Source of the DNA: Mycobacterium sp. | GTDB taxonomy: Bacteria > Actinomycetota > Actinomycetes > Mycobacteriales > Mycobacteriaceae | Direction: 5' to 3' | Length of the DNA: 64,000 bases | NCBI GenBank assembly: GCA_035569455.1 | Contig: DATMMZ010000285.1 | Coordinates: 9,189-73,188, forward strand | Part shown: one piece after another, positions 35,618 through 46,610 of the stretch | Position numbering within the stretch: the first letter of the stretch is position 1 | Layout: the number at the start of each line of letters is the position of its first letter | Translations under genes and position numbers: made by a program | The notes under the pieces: generated by a model | Database searches by the model: none | What the model saw: the letters and a program-made list of their open reading frames with translations, nothing else | Told to the model about the DNA's origin: nothing

Positions 35618-35926
35618 ATGGACAGCGCCATGGCGCGGGCAAATCGAGCGGGGGACGACTCTGAGATCGCCGATGGGCTCACCCGCCGCGAACACGACAT
35701 CCTGGCATTCGAACGGCAGTGGTGGAAATTTGCCGGTGTCAAGGAAGAAGCCATCAAAGAGTTGTTCTCAATGTCGGCGACGCGCTACTACCAAGTGCTC
35801 AACACGCTGGTCGACCGGCCCGAGGCGCTGGCCGCCGATCCCATGCTGGTGAAGCGACTGCGACGATTGCGCGCCAGCCGCCAGAAGGCGCGGGCGGCGC
35901 GGCGCCTCGGCTTCGAGGTGACCTGA
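35618..35926 (+). CDS. DUF3263 DNA-binding protein (Rv0430 orthologue)
   Basis: LAFERQWWKFAGVKEEAI...RYYQVLN. Confidence 0.9.
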   Translation: MDSAMARANRAGDDSEIADGLTRREHDILAFERQWWKFAGVKEEAIKELFSMSATRYYQVLNTLVDRPEALAADPMLVKRLRRLRASRQKARAARRLGFEVT

Positions 35927-35990
35927 CGCCCGTTCGTCCTTGTAAAGCGCCTTTGCAGGTTCTGGGTCCTTCCTGGCTACAGTGGGCTCG

Positions 35991-36467
35991 ATGAATGAGC
36001 GCGTCCCCGACTCTTCGGGGCTTCCCCTGCGGGCCATGGTGATGGTGCTGCTTTTCCTTGGCATCATTTTCCTGCTGCTCGGGTGGCAGGCTTTGGGCTC
36101 CTCCGGGAACTCCGATGACGACTCGGCGTCGCCGGGGTCGAGCGTGACCTCCAGCACCGGCACCCCGTCCTCGACGAGCGCCAAGCCCGCCCCGAACCAG
36201 GCCGAGGTACGCGTGTACAACATCTCCTCGAAAGAGGGCGTTGCCGCGCGGACGAGGGACCAGCTCGCAGCCGCCGGTTTCAAGGTCAGCGAAGTCGGGA
36301 ACCTGCCGATGCCGGATATCTCGGCCACCACGGTGTACTACACGGATGCGGACGACGAGCACGCCACCGCGGATGCGGTGGGCCAGAAGCTGGGTGCACC
36401 GGTCGAGGCGCGAATTCCCGCACTGACCAACCAGCCTCCCGGCGTCATCGTCCTCGTCGCGGGCTGA
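35991..36467 (+). CDS. virR: LytR_C-domain membrane-anchored protein (Rv0431/VirR)
   Basis: N-terminal TM, Ser/Thr linker, VRVYN..GVA..LAAAGF..VGN; TACAGT -10 7 nt upstream. Confidence 0.85.
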   Translation: MNERVPDSSGLPLRAMVMVLLFLGIIFLLLGWQALGSSGNSDDDSASPGSSVTSSTGTPSSTSAKPAPNQAEVRVYNISSKEGVAARTRDQLAAAGFKVSEVGNLPMPDISATTVYYTDADDEHATADAVGQKLGAPVEARIPALTNQPPGVIVLVAG

Positions 36468-36529
36468 CTCCCCGACTCTCCCCCCCGCAAGTCGTTTCGG
36501 ACCGCATGTCGCCGGGATAGGCTCACGCT

Positions 36530-37255
36530 ATGCCTAAACTCGCCGGTCACCGCAATGTCGCTGCCTCCACCATGTCTGCGCTGTCCCCGTTGTTTTTGGC
36601 CGGCTGCGTCGCGCTGGTAAGCGCGTGCTCGTCGCCCCAACACGCCTCGACCATCCCGGGTACCACGCCCCCGATCTGGACCGGATCACCCGCGCAGTCA
36701 GCGAAAACCCCGGCCGCCGAGGCCGCGCCGGCGGCGTCACGGAGCATGACGACCCATCTGAAGGCACCCGACGGCGCCCAGGTCGCGACTGCGAAATTCG
36801 AGTTCAACAACGGCTACGCCACTATCACGATCGAGACGACCGGTGTTGGTCAGCTGACGCCCGGCTTCCACGGAGTACACATCCACAAGGTGGGAAAGTG
36901 TGAGCCCAACTCGGTCGGCCCGACCGGCGGCGCGCCCGGCGACTTTCTGTCGGCCGGCGGGCACCTCCAAGTGCCCGGGCACGCGGCCATGCCTGCCAGT
37001 GGTGACCTGACCTCGCTACAGGTGCGCAGAGACGGTACCGCGATGCTGGTGACCACCACAGACGCCTTCACCATGGACGACCTGTTAACCGGCGAGAAGA
37101 CCGCAATCGTCATTCACGCCGGTGCCGACAACTTTGGCAACATTCCGCCGGATCGCTACAACCAGGTCAACGGGACACCGGGTCCCGACGAGACGACGAT
37201 GAGCACCGGCGACGCTGGCAAGCGGGTGGCGTGCGGTGTCATCGGTGCCGGCTAG
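36530..37255 (+). CDS. sodC: Cu(,Zn) superoxide dismutase lipoprotein
   Basis: Lipobox VSAC, HGVHIH, SAGGH, IHAGAD, RVACGVI. Confidence 0.96.
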   Translation: MPKLAGHRNVAASTMSALSPLFLAGCVALVSACSSPQHASTIPGTTPPIWTGSPAQSAKTPAAEAAPAASRSMTTHLKAPDGAQVATAKFEFNNGYATITIETTGVGQLTPGFHGVHIHKVGKCEPNSVGPTGGAPGDFLSAGGHLQVPGHAAMPASGDLTSLQVRRDGTAMLVTTTDAFTMDDLLTGEKTAIVIHAGADNFGNIPPDRYNQVNGTPGPDETTMSTGDAGKRVACGVIGAG

Positions 37256-38387
37256 CGCGTCGGGCAACACGGCAGGCGCCCATATCGACTTCGCCGGCTC
37301 TCCCCGGCCGACGATCGGGGTGGAATGGGAATTCGCGCTCGTCGACGCGCAGACCCGCGACCTGAGCAACGAAGCCACCGCGGTCATCGCCGAGATCGGC
37401 GAAAACCCGCGCGTGCACAAGGAATTGCTGCGCAACACCGTCGAAGTGGTCAGCGGCATCTGCGAATGCACCGCAGAGGCGATGGAGGATCTTCGTGAAA
37501 CCCTTGGCCCCGCCCGCCGGATCGTCCGGGACCGCGGCATGGAACTGTTCTGCGCCGGCACCCACCCGTTCGCGCGGTGGTCGACCCAGAAGCTCACTGA
37601 CGCGCCGCGCTACGCCGAGCTGATCAAGCGCACCCAGTGGTGGGGCAGGCAGATGTTGATCTGGGGCGTCCACGTACACGTGGGGATCTCGTCGGCCGCC
37701 AAAGTCATGCCGATCATGACGTCACTGCTCAACTACTACCCGCATCTGTTGGCGCTGTCGGCGTCCTCGCCGTGGTGGGGCGGCGAGGACACCGGGTACG
37801 CCAGCAATCGGGCGATGATGTTTCAGCAATTGCCCACTGCCGGGTTGCCATTTCACTTTCAGACCTGGGCGGAGTTCGAAGGCTTCGTCTACGACCAGAA
37901 GAAGACCGGCATCATCGACCATATGGACGAAATCCGTTGGGACATCAGGCCGTCGCCACATCTGGGAACCCTCGAGGTGCGGATTTGCGACGGGGTGTCC
38001 AACCTACGCGAGCTGAGCGCGCTGGTCGCATTGACACACTGTCTGGTTGTCGACCTGGACCGTCGGCTGGACGCCGGCGAGACGCTGCCGACCATGCCGC
38101 CCTGGCACGTCCAGGAGAACAAGTGGCGCGCCGCTCGCTACGGCTTGGACGCGGTGATCATCCTTGACGCCGACAGCAACGAGCGCCTGGTCACCGACGA
38201 CCTGCCCGATTTGCTCACCCAACTGGAGCCGGTCGCGAAGTCGCTGCACTGTGCGGAGGAACTCGCCGCGGTGTCCGACATTTACCGCGAAGGTGCGTCA
38301 TACCAGCGGCAGCGGCGGGTCGCCGAGGAGCACGACGGCGACCTCCGCGCGGTCGTCGACGCGCTGGTTGCTGAGTTGGATATCTAG
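37236..38387 (+). CDS. Glutamate--cysteine ligase-like (YbdK/GCS2) protein, Rv0433 orthologue
   Basis: TIGVEWE, GTHPF, GVHVHVG, WDIRPS, EVRICD, WRAARYG. Confidence 0.92.
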   Translation: MSSVPASASGNTAGAHIDFAGSPRPTIGVEWEFALVDAQTRDLSNEATAVIAEIGENPRVHKELLRNTVEVVSGICECTAEAMEDLRETLGPARRIVRDRGMELFCAGTHPFARWSTQKLTDAPRYAELIKRTQWWGRQMLIWGVHVHVGISSAAKVMPIMTSLLNYYPHLLALSASSPWWGGEDTGYASNRAMMFQQLPTAGLPFHFQTWAEFEGFVYDQKKTGIIDHMDEIRWDIRPSPHLGTLEVRICDGVSNLRELSALVALTHCLVVDLDRRLDAGETLPTMPPWHVQENKWRAARYGLDAVIILDADSNERLVTDDLPDLLTQLEPVAKSLHCAEELAAVSDIYREGASYQRQRRVAEEHDGDLRAVVDALVAELDI

Positions 38388-39025
38388 TGTTCACCCGGCT
38401 GGCCATGTTCCCGCTCGAGTCGGCGCTGCTGCCCGACGAGGATCTGCCGCTGCGCATCTTCGAGCCGCGCTACGGCGCGCTGGTGCGGGACTGCGTTGGC
38501 AATGGCGATCCTTTCGGTGTTGTGCTGATCTCCCGCGGCCGCGAAGTCGGTGGTGGCGACTCGCGATGCGATGTCGGCGTTCTGGCCCGCATCACCGAAC
38601 ACGCCGATCTCGGCTCGGGCCGGTATGTGCTGCAGTGCCGGACGGGTGAGCGAATTCGAGTAAACGAGTGGCTACCGGACGATCCCTACCCGCGAGCGTC
38701 CGTGCGGATCTGGCCCGACGAACCCGCGGATCCGGTGACCCCGGCGCAGTTCCTTGATGTCGAAGACCGGGTGATGGCCTTGTTCGAGCGGGTCGCGGCC
38801 GCCCGAGGTGCTCAGTTACCCGGCCGCGATGTGTTGCTGGGCAGCGGTCGGTCCGACGCACCCGATGCCGGAGAGCGGCTGTACGCGTTGGCATCTCGTA
38901 TACCGATCGGCACGGCCGACCGCTATGCCGTGCTGTCGGCACCGTCGGCCGCCGATCGGCTGGCCGCGCTGCGCGAGGCCGTGGACTCTGTTACCGAGAT
39001 GGTGAAGTTTCAGCTGTCCGAATAG
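38387..39025 (+). CDS. LON N-terminal substrate-binding domain protein (Rv0434 orthologue)
   Basis: MFPL..LLP...LPLRIFEPRY, FGVVLI..GREVGGG. Confidence 0.88.
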   Translation: MFTRLAMFPLESALLPDEDLPLRIFEPRYGALVRDCVGNGDPFGVVLISRGREVGGGDSRCDVGVLARITEHADLGSGRYVLQCRTGERIRVNEWLPDDPYPRASVRIWPDEPADPVTPAQFLDVEDRVMALFERVAAARGAQLPGRDVLLGSGRSDAPDAGERLYALASRIPIGTADRYAVLSAPSAADRLAALREAVDSVTEMVKFQLSE

Positions 39026-39510
39026 CCGAGTTCATGTTCCGACAGCGACTTCAACGTGAGCAGCTGCTTTCGCATCATCACCAGGTCACCCAGCGCGAGA
39101 ACACGACCAGTTAGCCGAGGCCCGCCGAACAACACGCGTGCGTGCAACCGTGAACCCGCTCCTTCGGGCCGAACCAGATACGTCACGGCCACGCCTTTGG
39201 ACCGCAATGTGATCTGCTCGCCGTCAACGAAGGACTGCAGCACGAACAGGGTCATGAACCGCTGCCCGACTTCGAGGTGAACGAGTTCGGTGTCGCGTTT
39301 CCGGGGGCTGCGGCGGCCGAGATTGTCGATGAGGTCGTAGCTGTACGGCGCGACGCGTAGCTGGCACAACCAGGAGTACACGATCGGTGGCGGCGCGTCG
39401 ATGCTGATCGCGCGGTCCGTCCGCACGCCGGCGCGCGGACAAAGCCCGTCGCATGGTAGCAACGCCGTTCGTTCCGACTGCGTTGCTCCCCAATTCAGCC
39501 CGGGTATCAC
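39010..39510 (-). CDS. Hypothetical protein, SRPBCC/polyketide-cyclase-like
   Basis: GTGA overlap with the upstream gene; WGAT..E....PCD, RAISIDAP...WLCQL...YSYD. Confidence 0.7.
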   Translation of the reverse strand: MIPGLNWGATQSERTALLPCDGLCPRAGVRTDRAISIDAPPPIVYSWLCQLRVAPYSYDLIDNLGRRSPRKRDTELVHLEVGQRFMTLFVLQSFVDGEQITLRSKGVAVTYLVRPEGAGSRLHARVLFGGPRLTGRVLALGDLVMMRKQLLTLKSLSEHELGYSDS

Positions 39511-39905
39511 GACACCGCTGCTCCGCGTGGACGTGCTTGTGCCGCAATCCGTTTGAGTATCAATCTTACCGCGACGCGGTGTCCGCCGGTGCCGATGACG
39601 AGCGCGCGATAGACCTTGCCGTGTATGCCAGGAAAGTCTGCCCAGGTCAGCGCGCGCACTCGGGTCCGTGCCGGGTCGCCTGGCCCGGTTGCCAATTCGA
39701 AGACCAACCGGTAGACCGCGAACGGGTGGCGGCCTTTCAGCGCGAACCGCCGGGGTGGTCGCGCCTCGTCCAGGACGAAACCAATCGGCACCGTGGCGGG
39801 GTCGTGCGGGTCGCGGCACATCACCCGCAGCAGCGCCGACCATGTTTCTTCGCGATTCGCGGCAATGGTTGTGGCATGCTCATCGATATAGGGCAATCGC
39901 TCCAT
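39507..39905 (-). CDS. Conserved hypothetical protein
   Basis: MERLPYIDEH...GRHPFAVY.L...A.FPG..G..YRALVIGTGGH; coupled to the downstream gene. Confidence 0.7.
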   Translation of the reverse strand: MERLPYIDEHATTIAANREETWSALLRVMCRDPHDPATVPIGFVLDEARPPRRFALKGRHPFAVYRLVFELATGPGDPARTRVRALTWADFPGIHGKVYRALVIGTGGHRVAVRLILKRIAAQARPRGAAVS

Positions 39906-39926
39906 ATAGAAGGAATGTACTAGATC

Positions 39927-40523
39927 GTGGCACCCCCGCGGAAGCACGAAACCCATGTGATCCTCGACGCCGCGCGAGCGCTGGTCCTTGCCGGCGGACC
40001 CCGCGCGGCGAGCGTGGCGGCGATCGCGACATCCAGCGGGGCGCCCGCCGGCACGCTGTATCACCGCTTCGGCAACCGCGACGGCATCTTGGCCGCAGCG
40101 TGGCTGCGCGCGCTTGAACGCTTCCAGGCGCGGGCGATGGCGGCCGAAGCCGATACGCCGGCCGAAACCGCTGTCGCCATGGCCGTGGCCGGCATCAACT
40201 TCGCGCGCAAACTGCCCCAGGACGCCCGGCTGCTGCTGACGATCCGGCCGGCTGACCTGCTCGACGGCGAGCCCGACGCGTCATTCCAAAAGACCCTTGC
40301 CGCGATGAACGCGCCGCTCATCAAGCGGATCCGCGAGTTGGCCCGGCAGCTGTATGGAAGCAGCGACGCCCGATGCATCGACGCCGTCGCGCGAGCGGTT
40401 TCCGACCTGCCCTATGCCGTTGTCCGGCGCCACGCCCACGACGAGCCGATGCCGTCCTGGCTCGAAGCCGATGTCGCAGCGTCGGCGCGGGCGGTGCTAG
40501 AGAGATTTGGTGAACGCCCGTAG
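39927..40523 (+). CDS. TetR-family regulator
   Basis: ILDAAR...SVAAIA..SGAPAGTLYHRFG. Confidence 0.9.
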   Translation: MAPPRKHETHVILDAARALVLAGGPRAASVAAIATSSGAPAGTLYHRFGNRDGILAAAWLRALERFQARAMAAEADTPAETAVAMAVAGINFARKLPQDARLLLTIRPADLLDGEPDASFQKTLAAMNAPLIKRIRELARQLYGSSDARCIDAVARAVSDLPYAVVRRHAHDEPMPSWLEADVAASARAVLERFGERP

Positions 40524-42671
40524 CGACTCAACCTGAACGGGATCCAGCGAGGGGCGCACGTTTTTGCGGGCCGCCGCGAGGTCGAAGGCGGTGACGTCGG
40601 CGGCGTCGATGGAACGCCGCATCGCAGTGAGCGCCGCCTCGCGTAGCAGGGCCACACAGTCGGCGGCGCTGTAGCCGTCGAGTCCGGCGGCCACCTTTTC
40701 CAGGTCGACATCGGCGCTGAGCGGAATCGATTTGCCTGCGGTGCGCAGGATTTCGAGGCGCGCCGCGGCGTCGGGCGGTTCGATGAACACCAGCCGCTCC
40801 AGCCGGCCCGGCCGCAGCAGCGCCGGGTCGATCAGATCGGGCCGGTTAGTGGCGCCCAGCACCACGACGTCGCGCAGCGGGTCGATGCCGTCGAGCTCGG
40901 TCAGCAGCGCGGCCACCACCCGATCGGTCACGCCCGAGTCGAAGCTCTGCCCGCGCCGGGGCGCCAACGCGTCCACCTCGTCGAGAAACACCAGCGACGG
41001 CGCCGAATCACGGGCCCGCCGGAACAGCTCGCGGACCGCCTTCTCCGAGGCGCCCACCCACTTGTCCATCAGCTCGGAGCCTTTGACCGCGTGCACGCTC
41101 AGCTGCCCGGTGCTGGCCAGCGCGCGCACCACGAAGGTCTTGCCGCAGCCGGGCGGGCCGTACAGCAGCACCCCGCGCGGCGGATCGACGCCCAACCGGG
41201 CGAACGTGTCGGGGTGCTGCAACGGCCACAGCACCGCTTCGGTCAGGGCCTGTTTGGCCTCGGCCATGTCGCCGACATCGTCGAACGTGACGTTCCCGAC
41301 GGTCAGCTCCTCGCTGGCCGAGCGGGACAGCGGCCGGATGACGCCGAGCGCACCGACCAGATCGTCCTGGTTGAGCTTCGGTGGTTGGCCGTCGGAGCTG
41401 GCCCGCGACGCCGCCCGCAGCGCCGCCTCACGCACCAGCGCCGCCAGGTCGGCAGCGACGAAACCCGGTGTGCGGCCGGCGATCTCGTCGAGATTCAGAT
41501 CGCCGGCGGGCACCGCCTTCAGCAGCGTCTCCAGCAGTGCCTTGCGGGTGGTGGCGTCGGGTAGCGGCAGGCCCAGCTCCCGGTCGCACAGCTCGGGCGC
41601 GCGCAGCCTCGGGTCGAGCTGGTAGGGTCGCGCGGACGTGGCGATCAGCGCGACGCCGTCGGAGGCCACCGCGGTGCGCAGCTCGGCGAGGATCAATGCG
41701 GACACCGGCTCAGCGGTTTCCGGCAGCAGGGCGTCGACATCGGTGATCAGCAGCACGCCGCCGCCGTCGCGCAGCGCCGTCACCGCCGAGGCCACGGTTT
41801 TGAGCCGGTCTTCGGCGGCCAGCGCGCCGACTTCCGGGCCGTCGAGCTGCAGCAGCCTGCGGCCGGCGCACACGGCGCGCACCAGCGTCGTCTTGCCGAC
41901 GCCGGCCGGGCCCGACACCAGCACACCGAGGTTGGTGCCCGCACCCAAGGTTTTCAGCAGGTGCGGTTCGTCGAGCGCGAGCTTGAGCCACTCGGTGAGC
42001 TTGGCGGCCTGCGCCTGCGAGCCCTTCAAGTCGTCGACCTGAATCTCCGGTTTCGCGACGCTGACCGATTCGTGCCTGGATGTCGTGGCGCTGTGTGGGA
42101 TCCCCGTGCCCCAGGTGACCATCGAGTTGGGCTGCACGCTTACTGGTCCGTCGGGGTCGACGCCGGTGACGGTCAGCAGCTCCGAGGTCCAGCTGATCCC
42201 GACCGCCGACGCCAGTGCACGGCTGGCGGCCGACGTCGATGTGCCGGGGCCGAGGTCGCGGGGCAGCAGCGAAACCGCGTCGCCCACGGTCATCACCTTC
42301 CCGAGCAAGGCCTGCCGCAGGGTGAGCGGCGAAAGCGACTGGGTGGCAAGCCCCGAGCCGCTCAGCGTCACCGTCCGCGCACCGTAAACGATGACCGCGC
42401 TGACGATCACCTCGGTGCCCTCCCGCAGCCCGGCGTTGGACAGCGTCACGTCGTCGAGCAGAACTGTGCCGACCGGGGCGTCCTGGCTGGCTAATCCCGC
42501 CACCGCCGCCGTGGTCCGCGATCCGGTCAGCGATATCGCATCCCACTCCCGGATACCAAGGGCCGCAACGGCATTCGGGTGCAACCGGACCACACCGCGA
42601 CGGGAATCCACCGCCGAGGTGTTCAGCCGGGCGGTGAGAGTGAGTTGGCCGGTCCCTGAACCGGAAGTCAT
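40497..42671 (-). CDS. CDC48/VCP-like AAA+ ATPase (Rv0435c orthologue)
   Basis: ATG coupled to the pssA TAA; Walker A GPAGVGKT and GPPGCGKT; FLDEVD; ATNRPD..DPALLRPGR. Confidence 0.92.
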   Translation of the reverse strand: MTSGSGTGQLTLTARLNTSAVDSRRGVVRLHPNAVAALGIREWDAISLTGSRTTAAVAGLASQDAPVGTVLLDDVTLSNAGLREGTEVIVSAVIVYGARTVTLSGSGLATQSLSPLTLRQALLGKVMTVGDAVSLLPRDLGPGTSTSAASRALASAVGISWTSELLTVTGVDPDGPVSVQPNSMVTWGTGIPHSATTSRHESVSVAKPEIQVDDLKGSQAQAAKLTEWLKLALDEPHLLKTLGAGTNLGVLVSGPAGVGKTTLVRAVCAGRRLLQLDGPEVGALAAEDRLKTVASAVTALRDGGGVLLITDVDALLPETAEPVSALILAELRTAVASDGVALIATSARPYQLDPRLRAPELCDRELGLPLPDATTRKALLETLLKAVPAGDLNLDEIAGRTPGFVAADLAALVREAALRAASRASSDGQPPKLNQDDLVGALGVIRPLSRSASEELTVGNVTFDDVGDMAEAKQALTEAVLWPLQHPDTFARLGVDPPRGVLLYGPPGCGKTFVVRALASTGQLSVHAVKGSELMDKWVGASEKAVRELFRRARDSAPSLVFLDEVDALAPRRGQSFDSGVTDRVVAALLTELDGIDPLRDVVVLGATNRPDLIDPALLRPGRLERLVFIEPPDAAARLEILRTAGKSIPLSADVDLEKVAAGLDGYSAADCVALLREAALTAMRRSIDAADVTAFDLAAARKNVRPSLDPVQVESLRAFTKSL

Positions 42672-43570
42672 TACAATCGCCCGCCCGGCTTGCGCAGTCC
42701 CAGCCGTGCCATCGAACGCCCGCCCGGCTTCCCCAGCCCGAGCCGCCCTATCGGCCGGCGGTTCGGCTGGGCCCGGCGGTTGGCCCGCCGCGCGGCGCGC
42801 CGTTGCGCGGGTTTTTCGTCCCACGCCTCGGGGTGCTTGGCGAGCCAGCGCTGGTTGCGGACCGCGAACGGGACGTGGCACAGGTAGGCGATGATGATCA
42901 CCCAGATCAAGATGTAGGGGGCCAGCACCGCCGCCGCCGCGCAGATCGCCAGGATTGCCAGCAGCGGGGCCGCCCAGTTTGGTGGTACCGCCACCGCGTG
43001 CATCTTCCGCATCGGGATCTTGCTGACCATCAGCATCGACGTCCCCGCTATCCAGATGCACAGGAACACGGTCGACGTCCACCAGCCCTCGCCGAACTGC
43101 AGCTTGAGCCCGATGAGACCGATCATCGAGACCGCGCCCGCCGGCGCGGGCATCCCGACGAAGAATTCGTGCGCATAGGCGGGCTGGGTTCCGTCGTCTT
43201 GCAGCGCGTTGTACCGCGCCAGCCGCAACACGACGCACACCGCGTAGAGCAGCACCACCATCCAACCCGCCGGTGACGTCGACAGCAGCGTCACGTAGAG
43301 CACGATCGCGGGTGTCACCCCGAAGTTCACCGCGTCGGCCAGCGAGTCGATTTCCTCGCCTAACCGTGACTGGGCGTCCAGGATGCGCGCCACGCGGCCG
43401 TCCAGTCCGTCCAGGATCGCGGCCGCGGCGATCAGTGCCATCGCGGCCTTGGGCTGATGCTCCAGGGCGAATTTGATCGCGGTCAATCCCGCGCAGATGG
43501 ACAGCACGGTCATCGCGCTGGGCAGGATCTGTAGGTTGACCGCGCGCCTGTTCCGGGGCTTGTTGATCAT
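42671..43570 (-). CDS. pssA: Phosphatidylserine synthase
   Basis: CDP-alcohol motif DGLDGRVAR...G..IDSLAD. Confidence 0.95.
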   Translation of the reverse strand: MINKPRNRRAVNLQILPSAMTVLSICAGLTAIKFALEHQPKAAMALIAAAAILDGLDGRVARILDAQSRLGEEIDSLADAVNFGVTPAIVLYVTLLSTSPAGWMVVLLYAVCVVLRLARYNALQDDGTQPAYAHEFFVGMPAPAGAVSMIGLIGLKLQFGEGWWTSTVFLCIWIAGTSMLMVSKIPMRKMHAVAVPPNWAAPLLAILAICAAAAVLAPYILIWVIIIAYLCHVPFAVRNQRWLAKHPEAWDEKPAQRRAARRANRRAQPNRRPIGRLGLGKPGGRSMARLGLRKPGGRL

Positions 43571-44298
43571 GGGAGCTCGGCCAGCACAGTCTCGCCGGCG
43601 ACCGCGCGCTGCCCCACCTTGACGATCGGCTCCGCGCCCGGCGGCAGATAGGTATCCAGCCGGGAGCCAAACCGGATCAAGCCGTAGGTGTCACCGATCG
43701 ACAGCTTGTCCCCGACGTGTGCATCGCACACGATGCGGCGCGCCACCAGCCCCGCGATCTGGACGACGACCACCTCGGCACCTCCGGGCGTTCGGATCCG
43801 CACACTGGTGCGCTCGTTCTCGGTGCTCGCCGAGGCGAGATCGGCCGACCCGAAGCGGCCCGGCCGGTGTTGCACGGCGATCACCTCCCCGCTGACCGGG
43901 GCGCGCTGCACGTGGGCGTCCAATATTGACAGGAAGATACTCACCCGCCGCAGCGGTGCTCCTCCCGTCTCTGAGCCCATGCTGAGTTCGGCGGGCGGGG
44001 CCGCGGAGTCGATCACGCAGATCACGCCGTCGGCGGGCGCGACGATGGCGCCGGCCCGAGTCGGTGGCACCCGCGGGGGGTGACGGAAGAAGCCCGCGCA
44101 CGCACCCGCCGCCAGCAGACCCGCACCACGCAGCCACCGAAAGTCGCGCCCGGTGAGCGCCCCGCCCAACGCCCCGGCGGTGGCCACTGCCAGGCCGGCG
44201 GAGATGAACGGCCGCCCGGCGGGATGCACCGGCGGAATGGCGGAACGCACCAAGTCCAATACGTGCTGCGGGCCTTCTAGGCGGGGGCGTCTTGCCAC
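43567..44298 (-). CDS. psd: Phosphatidylserine decarboxylase
   Basis: FFRHP, APADG, IFLS..DAHV, NER, IRFGSR self-cleavage site. Confidence 0.95.
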   Translation of the reverse strand: MARRPRLEGPQHVLDLVRSAIPPVHPAGRPFISAGLAVATAGALGGALTGRDFRWLRGAGLLAAGACAGFFRHPPRVPPTRAGAIVAPADGVICVIDSAAPPAELSMGSETGGAPLRRVSIFLSILDAHVQRAPVSGEVIAVQHRPGRFGSADLASASTENERTSVRIRTPGGAEVVVVQIAGLVARRIVCDAHVGDKLSIGDTYGLIRFGSRLDTYLPPGAEPIVKVGQRAVAGETVLAELP

Positions 44299-44322
44299 GC
44301 GGTCATCTTACGGAGCTGGGGC

Positions 44323-45570
44323 TTAGGTGAGATCCCAGACCTGCAGCTGGGTTCCGGCCGACACCTCCACGACGTCCTCTGGGATGTCCAGCAGCCCGTT
44401 CGCCGAAGCCAGCCAGCGCAAGTGGTGTGACGCCGGCGGGCCGTAACTGACGACGGTGCCCACCCCGCCTTCCCCGCTTTCGGGCGGATTGAATATCGCG
44501 CGCCGGAACTGCCGCTTGCCGTCCGGCGAGGTCAGCGTCTCGGTGAGCACCGCGCTCCGCAGCGGGCGATCTGGATCCGGTAGGCCCATGGCGGCCCGCA
44601 GCGCGGGACGGATGAACACCTCGAAGGACACCAGGGCGCTTACCGGGTTGCCGGGCAGCGTGACGATCGTGGTGTCGGCTCCATTTGTCCGCAAGCGGCC
44701 TATGCCCTGCGGCATTCCCGGCTGCATCGCCACCTTGACGAACTCCACTCCTTGCTCGCCGGCACGGCCGAATGCGTCTTTGACGACCTCGTAGGCGCCG
44801 GCGCTGACTCCCCCGCTGGTGATGATCAGGTCAGCGTCGGCGGCGTATCGGTCAAGGATCGAACTGAACTGCGCGACGTCGTCTCCGGCGGTCGCAGTGG
44901 CGACCACGGCTGCGCCCGCGTCGCGAACGGCCCCGGCCAGCATGATCGCGTTGGATTCATAGATCTGCCCCGGCAGCAGCGGGCCACCCGGCGACACCAG
45001 CTCCGACCCGGTGGATATCACCAGCACCCGCTGGCGCGGGATCACCGGGAGCTCGGCCATACCCAGCGCGGCGGCCAGGCCCAGCATCGCCGGCGTCACG
45101 AGTTGGCCGTTGCGGAGCACGGTGGTGCCTGCGGCAACGTCTTCACCGGCGCGCCGGATGTGCTTGCCGGGCTGGGGGGCCTCCCGGATCGCCACCGATG
45201 CCCCGCCGTTTTCCGAGCCGCCGTCGGTGGCTTCGACCGGCACGATGGCTGTCGCCCCGGCCGGTACCGGCGCGCCGGTCATGATCCGGTGCGCGGTACC
45301 GGGTTGCAGCGTCAATTCGTCGGTGCGCCCGGCGGGAATGTCCTCGGCGACCGGCAATCTCACCGGGTGTTCCGGTGTGGCATCCACGGTGTCCACGGCG
45401 CGCACCGCGTACCCGTCCATCGCGGAGTTGTCGAACACCGGCAACGAGAGCTGTGCGACCACATCGTCGGCCAGGACCAGCCCTTGGGCCTCCGTCAGCG
45501 AAACCGTGGCCGCCGGGCGGGCACGGATCATCTCCGCTACGACACGCTGATGTTCTTTGACGGACCGCAC
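44323..45570 (-). CDS. moeA2: Molybdopterin molybdenumtransferase MoeA2
   Basis: SAMDGYA, IMTGA, STGSEL, SGGVS, LPGNPVS. Confidence 0.94.
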   Translation of the reverse strand: MRSVKEHQRVVAEMIRARPAATVSLTEAQGLVLADDVVAQLSLPVFDNSAMDGYAVRAVDTVDATPEHPVRLPVAEDIPAGRTDELTLQPGTAHRIMTGAPVPAGATAIVPVEATDGGSENGGASVAIREAPQPGKHIRRAGEDVAAGTTVLRNGQLVTPAMLGLAAALGMAELPVIPRQRVLVISTGSELVSPGGPLLPGQIYESNAIMLAGAVRDAGAAVVATATAGDDVAQFSSILDRYAADADLIITSGGVSAGAYEVVKDAFGRAGEQGVEFVKVAMQPGMPQGIGRLRTNGADTTIVTLPGNPVSALVSFEVFIRPALRAAMGLPDPDRPLRSAVLTETLTSPDGKRQFRRAIFNPPESGEGGVGTVVSYGPPASHHLRWLASANGLLDIPEDVVEVSAGTQLQVWDLT

Positions 45571-45599
45571 CCTGCCATTATCCGGCCGGCGGCGGGGCG

Positions 45600-46541
45600 T
45601 CAAACAGGGAACGTGACTCCGGTGAGTTCTTCGGAGACGGCCCACAGCCGGCGTTGCAGGTCCTCGTCGTGCGACTGCGCGCTGGAGTTGACCAACTTCG
45701 GGTGGCCGCGCTGCTCGGCGATACCGTCGGGGCCGTAGTACTGCCCGCCCCGCACGGCCGGATCGGTGGCGGCCCGCAGCGTCGGCAGGGCACCCATGTG
45801 TGAGCTCTGGAACAGGATCGGCCCGAGCAGGCTGGCGGCGGGCCTGATGATTGCCGGCAGGTTGCGGGTCAGCTCGGTGTTGGAGGTGCCGGGGTGTGCG
45901 GCGACGGCGATGGTGGACTTGTCCGCACCGGGCCGCGCGCTCAGCCGGCGCTGCAGTTCATAGGTGAACAGCAGGTTGGCCAGCTTGGACTGCCCGTAGG
46001 CGGCGATCCGGTCGTAGTGACGTTCCCACTGCAGGTCGTCGAAGTGGATCGAGGCGCGGATCCGGTGGCCCATGCTGCTGACGGTCACCACCCGCGACCC
46101 GCGCACCGGCAGCAGGTGGTCGAGTAGCAGCCCGGTCAGGGCGAAATGACCGAGATGGTTTGTGCCGAACTGCATTTCGAAGCCATCCTGGGTGATCTGT
46201 TTCGGCGTATACATCACCCCGGCGTTGTTGATCAGCAAGTCGATGCGTGGGTAGGCCGACCGCAACGCATCGGCGGCGGTGCGCACCGAGTCCAGCGAGC
46301 TCAGGTCGAGTGCCTGGAGTGTGACGTCGGCGCGCGGGCTGGCCGCGACGATGCGCGCCAGGGCGGTGTTGCCTTTCTCGAGGTTGCGCACCGCAAGCAC
46401 GACATGCGCACCGCGGTAGGCGAGCACGGCCGCAGTGTGGTAGCCGATGCCGGTGTTGGCGCCGGTGACGACGACGACGCGACCGCTCTGATCCGGGACA
46501 TCGGCTTCCACCCACTTGCGGGTCTCGACGTTTGAATTCAT
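45600..46541 (-). CDS. SDR oxidoreductase (Rv0439c orthologue)
   Basis: TGANTGIG, NNAG, YGQSK; TATGTT -10 6 nt upstream. Confidence 0.92.
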   Translation of the reverse strand: MNSNVETRKWVEADVPDQSGRVVVVTGANTGIGYHTAAVLAYRGAHVVLAVRNLEKGNTALARIVAASPRADVTLQALDLSSLDSVRTAADALRSAYPRIDLLINNAGVMYTPKQITQDGFEMQFGTNHLGHFALTGLLLDHLLPVRGSRVVTVSSMGHRIRASIHFDDLQWERHYDRIAAYGQSKLANLLFTYELQRRLSARPGADKSTIAVAAHPGTSNTELTRNLPAIIRPAASLLGPILFQSSHMGALPTLRAATDPAVRGGQYYGPDGIAEQRGHPKLVNSSAQSHDEDLQRRLWAVSEELTGVTFPV

Positions 46542-46610
46542 GGCCACAACATACTCATCGCCGCCCCGATCGGCATCGGCGCGTAGTCAGGCTTGAGTAA
46601 GGTTGAGAAC

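Noticed and set aside
42672-43670. N-terminal extension making the AAA ATPase 1057 aa
   Set aside because: It overlaps pssA in another frame; a coupled ATG at 42671 gives the normal protein.
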